A program made the translations under genes and the position numbers. Positions 1 to 17,861 of a DNA stretch of 64,000 nucleotides are shown one piece after another. The notes under the pieces are model-generated. The model worked only from the letters and a program-made list of their open reading frames with translations, made no database searches and was not told the origin of the DNA. Each line of letters opens with the position of its first letter. The stretch's first letter is position 1. Where the stretch lies: the NCBI RefSeq assembly GCF_009914755.1, contig NC_060929.1. One strand, given 5' to 3'. This DNA is from the human T2T-CHM13v2.0 reference genome, Homo sapiens.

Positions 1-285
1 GAAAAAATTCTTGTTTTGTACAACATATGAAGTTTACTTTCTATATTTTTTAAACCACCTATTAAAAGTCAGTCATCCTTCTACATTTGGGTCTAAAATA
101 AAGATTTTAACTTACATTTGGTTGTTAAATGAGGCTCTGAGTGTGGAAAAGGATTACTATATTTGATTCTCTTTTTTTGATCCTAGAATCTGTATCTTTC
201 AGGAAGGACCGGCTCTGTGTGATTTGGGGTTTAGCATAATCTTATTACAGAATATAGGAGGAGGAGAGACAATGCTTGGAAAAGT

Positions 286-651
286 CTGTTAGGTTTACCA
301 CAAGCAGATCCTAAGACAAGGGTCTGGTTACAGTAATTTAGTTGGGAAGTGGTTCTCTTTAGCAGGGTGAGGGCGTGGGACCATGAGGTCCGCTCCCTCC
401 AAAGAGGGAAGTTAGCTCATGAAAGGGGCTGATGGTGGAAGCAGGGCTCAATCTTGCCTGGGACTCTCTGAGCAATGTGCCGACCGATTTCTCACTGAGG
501 GATGTTGTTGCAAAAGCTGGAGTATTTATTCATCAGCTACCTCTTCATTAGCGGACACACAGGAAAGCATACATTCAGGAAGGAACAATCTACAGTGACC
601 CCCAAGCAAGGAAGAAGGGAATATGAGTAGGATATTGACAGCCTCAGCTAT
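286..651. mobile_element. Old ERVL-type solo LTR (LTR16-like)
   Basis: aagcagatcctaagacaaggg...tttagttgggaagtg resembles a remembered LTR16-family terminus; degenerate. Confidence 0.4.
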
Positions 652-1136
652 AAGAAGCATAGCTAGAAACTCATGTAAACACTGGGAAAGTTGACTGATT
701 GTTTTAAATTCAATGGAAGATGGTATTGAATCCACCTACACACAGGTTATCATCATAAGCTCTGCTAATGGAGAGTTATGTACACTGAGCACCTGTGGCT
801 TGGTGCATTTCATCTTGTCTCAGCCTTTGACTCATCACCCATCAGAAAGAGTACAAAATGGGTTTTAATCTAATCAAGCCAATCTTAAGACATCTCTGTA
901 GATGAACAGATGCTACTGGGATTTCCAAATAGATAGCCTAGATCCAGACCCGTAATTATTTATAGTCTACCTGTTAATATTCCTTATCACTGCTTTAGAA
1001 GTTAACATTTGTTTTCAACATGTACTTGCTTTGATTATGACAGATTCAATGGGAAACCTCAAAGCCACATGCCTCCCTTCTCCCATCAGGGACTCCTCTG
1101 TTCATGTCTGAGGATATGACCAGAGAGATCTCCTGA

Positions 1137-1442
<306 letters not shown>

Positions 1443-3564
1443 AGGTCTTTGATGTTTGTGGATGGAAATTTCACACTTTCCTCACCAGCTTTCCTCTATT
1501 GGTATGAATAGACTTTGGATATTACATACTTTGTATGTAATATTTTGGCCTCACACCCAATTATTCCATCTATTAATCAATAAACAGAAAGAATAGGAAG
1601 TGACCACCCACAGGGTGCCTCACTGTAGTGTACGCTCAGGACCTGCAGAAATGGAATTCAGTGGAGGCAGTACTAGCAGAACTCAATCCCTAAACTTACA
1701 GGGCAACTTCTATCTGCTAAACACTTCCATGGGCACATCACGAGTTTGATTACCTTTAGAGTTTCCCAAAGGTCTAACCATTTCATGAGTCACAGAGGCC
1801 AAAGCATAGAGAAATTGAAGACAAGTGGCAAGTTTATGCGTTTTGGGGATTAGTAGCCAAATGTGGGTAGATGATGGAGTAGTTCTTTATATAAAGATGA
1901 TGAAAGCTAGCAATAGAAGCACATTAACTTAGAACAAACCCCCTGGTTTTTTCAAGTGGGTTCTGAGACGAGAGCGGGATCAGGCCATGCCCTTTCAAAA
2001 GCGCTAATGGTAAATCAAAGAAGAATGCGACAGGGTCTCTGGTATCATATCATTCATAACCAAGACTTCAACACACAGTGCACTTGCTGTCAGACGAGAC
2101 TAGATGGACAGGCTGGTGTTTGGAGGAAGCTTAATGCCTGACTCTTGGGAAACAAAAGGGCAACTGAAGCAGAGCAGTCTCTGCAGCCTTCTTTAATTTA
2201 CCATTAGTGCTTTTCAAAGGGCATGGCATTTATTGCTCAAAGATTGATACTTTCTGAATAAATGAATAAGCGAATGAATGAATGAACAAATGATCAATGC
2301 TCAGTTATGCCAGTACATGGAGAAACTAGCTTCTATACACTGAGCTTCCCCTATGAGCACATACTGTGTTTTCTGTTGCCTTTGCCCTTGTCTTTCCATG
2401 GAGGGATGAGCGGGGAGAAAGGATCATCAGAATGTACTCCTAACCCACCCTCAGCTCTCTCAGCAGAAGTTTCCAACAGCCACCAAAGCGATGTGCACTA
2501 GGAGTAGACAAAGAGATAGACACCTGACCCTGTGAACCTGGAAGCAAATCCGAGCTTCCCCTCCTCCCCTAATCCCTCATCAGCTTGCCAAAAAAAGAAA
2601 AAGAGAAAGACAGACAATGTGATAGATAAAGATGTGATAGATAAAGTGTTTCATTGAACAAATATTTGTTTATCAACATTGAATATCAGTTGCTAAACTC
2701 TACAATAGCTAAAGAATATGATGCTTTCTAAAATGGATTAACATTAAAATTCTCCAGGATGGATATATGTCCTGAAGATTACCCTTCTGTTAGACTTTTC
2801 CTCCAAAAACTATTGTGTATTTTCATTGAGGAGAATGAGAAAATGCCACTCTAACTAGAATAAGTTTATGTTAAAATGAGTACAATATTGTTTACTAATA
2901 TTTATTGTTTCCTGGACTTACTGAATATAAAGACCAAAAGTACTCAAAAAGCTCATATGTTATCATTTCCTTGTGTTCCACCTGTAGTTTCTTATGGATG
3001 ACATTTTACAGAAGCTAACATTTCTGACTCCATTTTTATAATAGCTTAGAATTTCTAAAGAGGATTAGGTGCTTATAGAGGAAACGAAATCTTTGGAAGT
3101 ATATATCTTATTTAAGAAATGTGGAATAGGTGGAATATCAGCTGTCTTTCTTAAGTGCAATAAAGCTAGTATTTTAGCTCAGAAATGAACATGCAGGCAA
3201 AAATGAGTGTTCTCTATCTTAGACTGACCAGTGATTTCTGAAATTTTAATATTGTTTCTGCTTTGCTACTTTAAAATCAAAATAGATTTAAAAATCTTTG
3301 GGGAAATAACTTTGCATCCCTTTATTCTTCATACTGAAGAACACACACTTAGAATGCAATAAATAATAAATAATATAATGATACAGTCCGACCTTAGAAA
3401 ATCTCTTTTTATTCCCAATATATATTTCTAGAATCTGTATTTTAGCTTCCAGGAAAGAATTCCCAAATTGGCCTTCCTACAAATCAGTGAGGATCTCCAA
3501 TGTTATTTGGTCATTCCCCGAGGTGTCTGAGAGACATTTGTTCCTCCTTCCCCACCTTGTCCAG

Positions 3565-3713
3565 GAGCGGCTTCTGCTCTCCCTGCTGCCGGCCCACATC
3601 GCCATGGAGATGAAAGCGGAGATCATCCAGAGGCTGCAGGGCCCCAAGGCGGGCCAGATGGAGAACACAAATAACTTCCACAACCTGTATGTGAAGCGGC
3701 ATACAAACGTGAG
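3565..3713 (+). CDS. ADCY2: ADCY2 exon (~5), helical linker into C1a
   Basis: ttgtccag|GAGCGG...GTGAG|gtacga; ERLLLSLLPAHIAMEMKAEIIQRLQGPKAGQMENTNNFHNLYVKRHTNV(S); 149 nt. Confidence 0.96.
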
Positions 3714-4608
3714 GTACGACGCTATGCTTGCTCCTTGGCTGGTCTGGGAGTCTGCCTGACTGGAGACATTTTGCCTGGGATCTCACACCTCATATCACCA
3801 TCTCTCCTTTGTGACAGTGGATCCTTTGCAGGGGAAATAATCACACAGATTCTGCCATCCCACTCACCTGTTCCTGCCTCTCAGGGCCTTCACATTAAGA
3901 TGAGAAAATAGGATGCTGTTTGCTGTGTTGGATTGAGTTGTCCTTCATAGCCCTGGCTTCTGTAGCCAAGCATCCATCACAGAAAGGAGTGAAGGGGACA
4001 GCGGGGTCTTCATTCTGGAAACCCCGTGGTCAGATTGCAGTAAGATTGGAGGGAGAGTCTGTGGGATCTCCAGGCACAAGACTGAGTCCTCCAAATAGAC
4101 TTTGCAGGAGCAGGGCCTCTGTGAAGACAACACATCCCAGGGAAGCTGGGTGTTCCTCTCTCCATCAGCACGATGAGTTTCTCAGGTCTGGAAGACCAGT
4201 GACCAAAGTCACAGAACACTGATGTGCACCTTAGCTAATTTACCGTGAAAGTTACTGCTTTTCTGAGACTGGTATACTCATATCTACTTCCCAGGAGTCG
4301 TTCTGGGAATTACAGTGCCTAGAAAACTAACATGTTATCATCATGGGATTATAGTAGGGAAAGAGATTGGTGTGGGGCTTCTGTCTCCCATGAGCTCTAG
4401 AGAGAAATTATGAGGAGGCCTCACTTCAGGCTGGAGAGGATTGTCCCTCCCATTTCTCTCCTGCCCCTGTCTCCGAGCCACAGCAGAGCGAGGCCCACCC
4501 AGACCGTCTCGATTTCTGTGCCCCTCCCATTCCCAGTACCACGTCTTTTGGGGGTTTGTTCTTTCATCCACTCAGTATGTTAATACACTGCTTTGCATTC
4601 TAGCTGGG

Positions 4609-4985
4609 TGTATTTGTCCATTCTTGCACTGCTATAAAAAACTAACTGAGACTGGGTAATTTATAAAGAAAAGAGGTTTAATTGACTCACAGTTCTGCAG
4701 GCCTTACAGGAAGCATGACTGGGGAGGCCTCAGGAAACTTATAATCACGGCAGAAGGTGAAGGGGAAGCAGGCACGTTTTACATGTCCAGAGAAGGAGAA
4801 AGAGAGGGAAGGGGAAGGTGTCACACACTTTTAAACAGACCTTGTGAGAGCTCACTCACTATGACAAGAACAGCAAGGGAGAAATCTACCCCTCTGGCCC
4901 AATCGCCTCCCAGGCCCCTCCTCCAACACTGGGGATTACAATTCGACATGAGATTTGGGTGGGGACACAAATCCAAACCATATCA
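4609..4985 (-). mobile_element. MaLR solo LTR (MSTA-like)
   Basis: TG...CA termini, ends ccaaaccatatca; 5-bp TSD CTGGG/CTGAG with one mismatch. Confidence 0.88.
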
Positions 4986-5479
4986 CTGAGTTATCGCCAT
5001 AAGTAACCTGTGCATGAATCTGACCTCATCTGTTATGTTTTGATGGTCTTCGTTTAGTCATTAGAGTTTTTAGAAGAGCCAGGCTGCTTCAGGTCTAGGT
5101 TTTTTGAAGCTTATTAAAGAGAAACAAATTTAACCGTTACTTAAAGACATTGCTGGGACAAATCTCATTTGACACCAGATTTTAGATTAGCTATATAATA
5201 CCCAAGCATACACAGATGTCAGTGTGATATAGGAAACTCATATCAGGAAGGAGGTAACAGAAACACATTTGTGTATGAATGGCAACTAAGGAAGCACGAC
5301 TGGATGGATACATGATAGTAAAAACTAAATACATTTAAAGAAAGTTCACACATGTTAAGGAGTAAAATTATTTAAAATACTGGCTTGCCTTCAGGTTTGT
5401 GAGCGTTTTGCCTATACAATTATAGAAGAAACATTTACTTATCTAAGTGTATTATGCTATTAATGGCTCTTTCTAGCCT

Positions 5480-6645
<1,166 letters not shown>

Positions 6646-7139
6646 TAACCTCTGGACCAGCTTAAGCTATCTACAGGCAGCCTATCTCAGAGCTGCTTTG
6701 TTCACTGTAAGCTTTGAGCACAAGAAGCACTGTGGATGACGTGAGCAAGAAGGAAGTGGAGTCAACTGCCCATCCACACATGCTACCTCCCAATACTGCT
6801 TTGAATCAGGGACTCTTTCTCTGAGCGAGCATCGTTCATCCTTCCTCTTGCACAATGGCTCAGCACCTGTGATCCCTGCCACTATAAGTCAGCGTGGAAG
6901 AAAAGAAATAGGGATGATTTCTAGGGGATCATCTGAACAGAGTGGAGGGTAAAGCTGTCCCAGGAACCCTGATTTTCCTGTAACCATCAGAGGATTCCCA
7001 CAGATCGTGTCCCTCAGCAGAGGAGCAAGTATTTCCTCAAAGGTGCAGCCACACATCCTGGGCTTAGCAGAAGGAGCAGAGTATGGCCAACAGCAGAGTC
7101 CTGCCCTGCTCTGGCTGAGACCCTGCTGACTGGTGCCCC

Positions 7140-7866
7140 TTTTTGTACTTTTTTTTACTGTTGTAAAATATGCATAACATAACATTTACAATTGCAATCA
7201 ATTTTAAGTGCACAGTTCAGTTGGATCACGGACACTTACATTGTTCTACAACCATCAATATTATCCATCTCCAGAACTTTTTCTTCATCCCAAACTAAAG
7301 CTCCGAACCCATTAAACAACAACTCCACAACTCCCCCTCCCCCAAGTCCCAGGAAACCGCCATTCTAGTTTCTGTCCCTATGGTTTGACTATACTGTGTG
7401 CCTCATATATGTAGAATCATACAGTATTTGCTCTTTGTACCTGGCTTATTTTACTTAGCATAAGGTTTTCGGGAGTTTCAGCACATGTCAGAATTTCATT
7501 TCTTTTAAAGGCTGCCTGATATTCCATTGTATGGATAGACCACATTTTGTTTATTCATCCATCTGTCAATGGACATTCGGTTTGCTTCCATCTTTTGGCT
7601 GTTGTGAATACTACAGCTATGAACATTCATGTACAAATATCTATTCAAGTTCCTGATTTCAGATCTTTGGATATATACCCAGAAGTTGCACTGCTGAATC
7701 ATATGGTATTTTGTTTAATTTTTTTGAGGACCGAACATATTGTTTTTCAGAGTGGCTGCATCATTTTACCTTCCCACCAGCAACACATGTGTACTCCTCC
7801 AGGTTCTCATCCACAACCATTATTTGTATGCTTTATAAGAGCCATCCTAATGACTGTGAAATAGTA
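7140..7866 (-). mobile_element. Old L1M (L1MB-like) 3' end
   Basis: Reverse L1 3'UTR and ORF2 end motifs (attccattgtatgg, gctatgaacattcatgtaca). Confidence 0.8.
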
Positions 7867-8640
7867 GTTGTTTTGTTCCATGGGACATCTTAAGGCATAC
7901 ATATTCACTTTGTGAATCTCAAACCATCTGCAGAAATTTAGGCTTCTTCATAAGACCTTGATACAAATCAGAAACATGTTATTGTGTAGGAAAAGTTGCA
8001 GTGCGCACACAGGTGCTGTGTTTTCCTATTTTAAACACATAAAAAGCTCTGAGGAATCTCACACTCGCCTTCCCTAGTGTGTACATCCCATGAAGGGAGC
8101 TGCTCTGTCATTTCCGAAGAGTGACCTTCCTGGCCTCCTCACTGTCCAATCTGCCCCTACTCTTCTCTGTCATAACACTGTCTCGTTTTCCTCTGTAGCC
8201 CTTTTTATGATTTGTAATTGGACATTTGTTGATGTTCACATTTGTTCAATACATCCTCCCAGCTAAATTCTGAACGTCAGGAAGATATTCCATGTCTGCT
8301 TCATCCTGGCAGATAGGAAGGACTCCAGAATCATTTAAGTAATCTTTTATAAAAAGAGGATTATTTTTCCAGTTTCTTCTTTGACTCAGTACAAACAGAA
8401 TTTTTTTAAATTATTTTGCTGCTTCACTCCCCATCTTAACTACAAAAGTTTAACCTCAAAAAATGTTTAACAAGTTCAAAAAAATGTTTATATATTCTTA
8501 ATCTGAGAAAATGACCTCTTACTCATGAAAATATAAAGTATAAGCAAAATTACATGATTTTAATGGAAAAATTATTATTACTTTCTTAAAAAATGTATAA
8601 ACTGGAAAACTCTGTCTCCTCACCTCCTTTCTTCCCACAG

Positions 8641-8752
8641 CATCTTATACGCTGACATCGTTGGCTTTACCCGGCTGGCAAGTGACTGCTCCCCGGGAGA
8701 ACTAGTCCACATGCTGAATGAGCTCTTTGGAAAGTTTGATCAAATTGCAAAG
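8641..8752 (+). CDS. ADCY2: ADCY2 exon (~6), C1a with first metal-binding Asp
   Basis: cttcccacag|CATC...GCAAAG|gtgagt; (S)[37 protein letters not shown]; 112 nt; absent from ORF track. Confidence 0.97.
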
Positions 8753-9939
8753 GTGAGTATTATGGATTCTTTTCTTCTCTGAAGATTTCTAAACTCTTGG
8801 TTTCGTTTTTCTTCATCCACCTATCAATAGTTTACTTTTTCATAAAAGCATCCTTTAGGAACATTGTTTGTAGAAGTTGTTGGATTTCTTTGCTATTGAT
8901 CTTTCATAAGCCTCAAACCTGTCTCAGGGATGAAAAAACGCCATGGCATATCATTATCACGTTTTTATCTATTTTAAAACTTCCCCCTATGTATAATTCA
9001 GCACACATATAATAAATACATTCCAGGCAGTGAGATTCCATTTGCAAATCTCTCTGCATGGTATTATTTTAAGGTGCTCTTTTAGGCATTTCCATGTCAA
9101 GGATCTGGTAGGATCATTTCCACTCCTCTAGTTGCCAACATCCTCTATTCCTATTGTTAAGCAGGACCCTGGAAGAGTTCCTGAAATAGAATGCATATCT
9201 TCCATGCAAAGCCTTCACTTACTCTTGTCTCATTTTAATCCTTTGATTCTTGTGCCACTTAAACAGAAATGGAAGTTTAGTGTCTTCCATTCATATGCTC
9301 TTTCATGGGAAATTTCACAGATAGGAAATGACCTGAAACCGTCTGAAACCACACTAGACCCTATTATTTATTAGAACTGCCACAGTTGCTGGTGGGTGGC
9401 AATATCGATGACAAAAAGTTTCTTCCTGCAAGCCCTGTACTTCTCATTAAATGTTTCTGGTCAATTCTCTCTTTGAATTGTTCCCAGCAACAACAAAAAT
9501 GCTTCATTATGCCTACTAATATCAGTTATTTAGCTATGGAAGAATAGGTCCTAAATTTAGTTCACTGTGTGATTTAGATCACTTTTAAACAAGACAGAAC
9601 ATTCCAGCTGAGTCTCTTAGGAATAAATCTGGCTTGCAGATGTTAGCATGATCATTCTTGGGCCAAACTCCCCAAGGTTTTTGCCTTCTGTAGTTCCACC
9701 GACCATGACAACTCTCACTGGAGATTGTAAAAAATCAGTAAAAGCACAGCTCTGCTTCCTTCCTTTACCAAGCCAAAGGAAGGGGGTGAGTTTTGTGGGT
9801 GTTCATTTATAAGAAAAGAAAGGTTTGAAACTTAAATGATGCCTTAAAAGTTTGAATTAATAAAAGGTCATTTTTGTTGGACTACCTGTTCATGTTAGGA
9901 AGAAACGTTTCAGTCTTGGCTGGGAACAGCATAACTCCA

Positions 9940-10149
9940 ATGTTCAGATGACATTCTCTCCTCTACGTGCCTGTCTCGGTGAACAAATTTCCCCTTCTTA
10001 GAGGATAAGGGCCCACCCAATTCCAGTTCTACCTCCTCTTAACTAATTAAATCTGCAGGAGCGCTATTGCCAAATAGGTTCACATTCACAGGTATCAGGA
10101 CTGACTTTAATATGTGAATTTGGAAGGACACAATTCATTACCCATAACA
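9940..10149 (-). mobile_element. MLT1 LTR fragment
   Basis: gggcccaccc...cttaactaattaaatctgca...ggacacaattca...cataaca. Confidence 0.6.
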
Positions 10150-11135
10150 GAAGTACTCAATGTGACTTCCTCTAATCAGTGGAACAAAGGAGTATACACC
10201 CTCGGCTGACTATCCAGCCATTGGTTTATCCATCATTGGTCAGAGGGGCAGTGTGCCTTCGATATGAGTTCATGGCTCACAGTTCAATAACGGGGGGTTA
10301 TTGTCAGCAAACAGATACCCCAGTGCACTGAGTACTATGTAAAGCACATAACCTTACACTAAGGAACTCAAAACCATTGCCATTCACTGTAACTGTCATG
10401 TTTTCTAGTCTCAGAATAGCTGTTTAGGAAGTATGGGAGGGAAGCTTGATTTATAGAAACAAATATAGGATCAACAAGTATGAATGCAGTTAATCTAAAT
10501 ATTAAAATATAAATACAAAATTTAGCCCAGAAAAATAATGAGGTAGTCAAATTTTACATTAAAACAGTTGAGCCTAAGATGAGAATTAAGTTTTAAATTA
10601 CTTGGCAGTATTGAATGGCAGCTTATTAGGTGTGGTAATGTCTATCAGAAGTGACATATCTGCAGGTAAGAATCAGCTTTGGATTTAAAATAAATAAAAG
10701 AAACCATAAGCACAGTAGGGAAGGACTTGAGATTCTAATTTATACTGAGTGCTGGTCATCATTTTCTACTCTGAAAGACTCAGCTGGGCATAGAATGTTT
10801 TATTTCACCCTTAATGTTTGGAGCTGCTCAGACTAAAGAGATTGGCCCCATCACCATCCTTCTCTGCTTCTATGAAGTGTAAATCATTCCAGAACATTCT
10901 CCCTTCTTTCTCATTTTTTCCCCTTTTCTTTCTTTATTCCTCTTTGGAAATCGGCATGTAGGGGAGGGCAGCTCATTCTGGTTGAGTAATGAAGGGAAGC
11001 CCAACTGGTTCTCATTGCTCTCTCCAGATGCCCCTGGAATGGTGTGAGCAGAGCTGGCGCTTGATGATATTACATGAATCTAGATCATTCTGCAAGTGCT
11101 TAATGCAACTGAAATTCTGTAATTTATTCTTCCAG

Positions 11136-11263
11136 GAGAATGAATGCATGAGAATTAAAATTTTAGGAGACTGCTACTACTGTGTATCTGGACTCCCTAT
11201 ATCTCTCCCTAACCATGCCAAGAACTGTGTGAAAATGGGGCTGGACATGTGTGAAGCCATAAA
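11136..11263 (+). CDS. ADCY2: ADCY2 exon (~7), C1a with second metal-binding Asp
   Basis: ttcttccag|GAGAAT...ATAAA|gtaagt; [42 protein letters not shown](K); 128 nt. Confidence 0.97.
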
Positions 11264-11286
11264 GTAAGTGGACTGCTTAGTAAGCA

Positions 11287-12305
<1,019 letters not shown>

Positions 12306-12468
12306 CTAACAATTTGGGGTTGTAAATCTCACCTGTGACTATTTCTATTGTTCTGCCTACTGGCATTAAATACATTATTGTGCATTTCAATATAATTGTG
12401 CAGAAACCCATTTATTGGGATGTGAGTAATGCAATGGAAAGTAAGACTTCATTAAGTGTTTAGTATTA

Positions 12469-12774
12469 TTTTTGTTTGTTTGTTTGCTTTTGAGATAAGG
12501 TCATGGTCTGTCACCCAGGCTGGAGTGCAGTGACAAGATCACAGCTCACTATGGCCTCTACCTCCTGAGCCCAGAGTAATCTGCCCACCTCAGCTTCCCA
12601 AGTAGCTGGGACCACAGGCAAGCACCACCACATCCAGCTAATTTTTGTATTTTTTGTAGAGACGGGGTGTCTCTGTGTTGCCTAGGCTGGTCTTGAGCTC
12701 CTAGGCTCAAGCGATCTGCTTGCCTTGGCCTCCCAAACTGTTGACATGGTAGGTATGCACTGCCTGACCCAGCC
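12469..12774 (-). mobile_element. AluJ element
   Basis: Diverged Alu with (TTTG)n tail; TSD TAGTATT(A/G)TT at 12461 and 12775. Confidence 0.88.
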
Positions 12775-13604
12775 TAGTATTGTTACTATGAGCCTTAGAC
12801 TACAGTGAAACTGAGTTGGAAATCTATAGGAAGGCACGGTTTTGTTTGTTTCAAAGGTGATTTTTAAAAGAAATTTTGAACATCTTCTTTGATCTTAAGG
12901 TAAAAGTGTGCACGTTATCATCTTTCCAATTTCTGACAAATTCTGTGGCTTCACACACATTGTAAGGGAAGAGGTAGTTATTACAACCAGACTGCAGTTA
13001 ATATAAAAACCAATACAAAAATATTTTCATCGAGTCAAAAATGCTCAGCTCTGTGAATTTAATTTTAATTTGTATTTGTAACATATATTTTCTGCATTGT
13101 ATCTGTAATTTTTTTCACTGTGATTCCAGAGAAGATTTGCTTATATAGGATAGTGATATCATTACCATTGACTAGCTACAAAGTAAAAATATAAGGTAAA
13201 AGGGTAATTTTTATTACCAGCATCACAATTTTATTAGCAGTACCTTCTTTAATAATGCCCTTTGTAGAAGCCAGAATATTCTTATAAATAATAAAGCCTT
13301 TTGTTTGCTGAGTGCATGATTGGAATATTGTACTTCATTGGGTTTTTGATTGTCCATTTTGGTAAATGATTTGACCTTATCCTCAACTTTTTTTTTTTTT
13401 AATCTGAACAGCGTTGGAATTGTGAGCTTAATGTTCTCATTCCTTGTCTCAGGATTAAAGTAGAAAGGGCTTTATGTGAGAATACATCAAGTCCTGTTGT
13501 CACTGTGTTGGTCATATGCTGAAGCGACTAAAATATTAACAGGTGACTTCCCCAGCATGGTCCTGGGAAGATTAATGCCCCCACCCCCCACCCCCTCGCA
13601 CCCA

Positions 13605-13605
<1 letters not shown>

Positions 13606-13645
<40 letters not shown>
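13606..13645. repeat. (CA)20 microsatellite
   Basis: Read directly. Confidence 0.95.
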
Positions 13646-13646
<1 letters not shown>

Positions 13647-14319
13647 CCTCAGCCAATGAAATGGAGAGACCCGCATGTTCCATATTCACTAGCTCCATAG
13701 AAAACTCCTGCATGCTTTTGTCAGACAGATCAGAAATGGGAGGGAAATGAAGTCAATGAGAGAGTTGAGATGGAAAGAGTGGTTAGTGTGAACTCAGTTT
13801 CCTACACAAAATGCATAGTGTGAGAAATAGCCATAATTGCTTCTTCCCATAAGTAAATCATATGTACTCTCTGATACATGAAAAATAGTTTTTAGCTTTT
13901 TTTCAAAAGTAAGTAACTACTTTTAATTCTATGGATCTAGGTATAAGTGAATCCAATCAGTGGAACTATTGGATTGAAAAAAATATATTTTTTTTTTCAA
14001 ATTTGTAACCTGCTGCTGGTGAAAACCTCAATGTTGGTTTCAAACATAAGGTGAAATGAGTACTATTGGAGGGAGGTATTTGTTTTATTTCCTTTTCAAT
14101 TAGTTGTGGAAAAGAGTCTTAGGAAGGGCAAAATTATGTGCATCAATAACACATTGGATTAAAGAATCCACCCATTTACTAAAGCCTTGTTTCTGCTTTT
14201 GAATGAACTGTTTCCAGTTCCATAATGTTTAAGTTAATCCAATGTCTTGAAGATGTTTTCGGAGAAAGAATCCTTACATTACATGCACTGGCATGTCACC
14301 AGTTCATTAGAAATACTAT

Positions 14320-14790
14320 TACATTTTTTACTGTGATAAAATATGTATACCCTAAATGTTACCCTTTGAATCATTTTTATGTGTATATAAAAATGTACGG
14401 TGATACATAAAAATGTACAGTTATGTGCAGTGATGTTGAGTAAATTCAAAATGTTGTGTAACCATCACCACTGTCAACTTCCAGAACCTTTTCATCACCC
14501 CAGACAGAAATTCTGTACCCATTAAGCAGTAACTCCCAATTACCCCTTCCCCAGCTCCTGGCCATCTCTATTCTACTTTCTGTCTCTGTGATTTTTACTA
14601 TTCTGGATATTTCACGTAAATGGAATCATATAATATCTTTCCTTTTGTGTTTGGCTTCTGTCACTCAGCCTAGTGTTGTCAAGGTTCATTTTTGTGGTGG
14701 CATGTGTTAGCACCTTTTGATGCTTTTAGTGTAATATTCCCCCGTAGGTATATACCACATTTTATTTATTTTTTGATCATTGATGCATCA
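14320..14790 (-). mobile_element. Old L1M 3' end fragment
   Basis: Similar to the 7140-7866 element (accatcaccact...ccagaaccttttcatcaccc). Confidence 0.75.
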
Positions 14791-14879
14791 GTAATATCTT
14801 ATGTGTGCAGAATCTCAGTAATGTCAACAGGTTTGAGGGACCTCTCCCAATTCTTGCTGATCCCTCAACTTAATCCTCA

Positions 14880-16903
<2,024 letters not shown>

Positions 16904-17485
16904 TTATTTTGTTACACCCCTACCCCCATGAAAGGGCAGCAACAGAGAGGACATCTCAGCACGTTCCAGGAATTGTTTGTCCACTTTCATCCTCTCTCCC
17001 ATGCAAGGATGTGCATTTCCATTCCCATTCATTGAGCCGTGCGTGGGATGGGTACCAGACAGGAATTTTCATTTTTTAAGCTGGTGAGGGGAACGTGCAC
17101 ACCTGGCACTTGGGTTTTTGCCAGATGGTCTCAGTGTCAGGAACCAGCAGCATGAGTCCCAGACAGCTGCCTGCTCTTCTCTCTGTGTTCACACCTCCAC
17201 ACTTAGCAGCACCTCATTCCCTGCTAGCCCAGGCACCACGGCAGAGGCACTTCAGCTGCAGTTTTGGAACATTTCCAATGCTTAGAAACATTTCTTTTTT
17301 CTGCCATGAACATGTAAATTATTTTTAATCAAGTAATATTCAGGACCTTGATTTTATAAGGGATTAAGCCTTCTCTTAAACTGTACTGTTTACCTACTAC
17401 TCTTGCAAGCTTTAAGCAATGACTTCAACGTTTTTCTATAGATCATGTAAATTGCATATACATGCAACAAAACATGTGGCTAGTT

Positions 17486-17861
<376 letters not shown>

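Noticed and set aside
2657-2670. 14-bp palindrome AACAAATATTTGTT
   Set aside because: Common AT-rich motif of L2 tails
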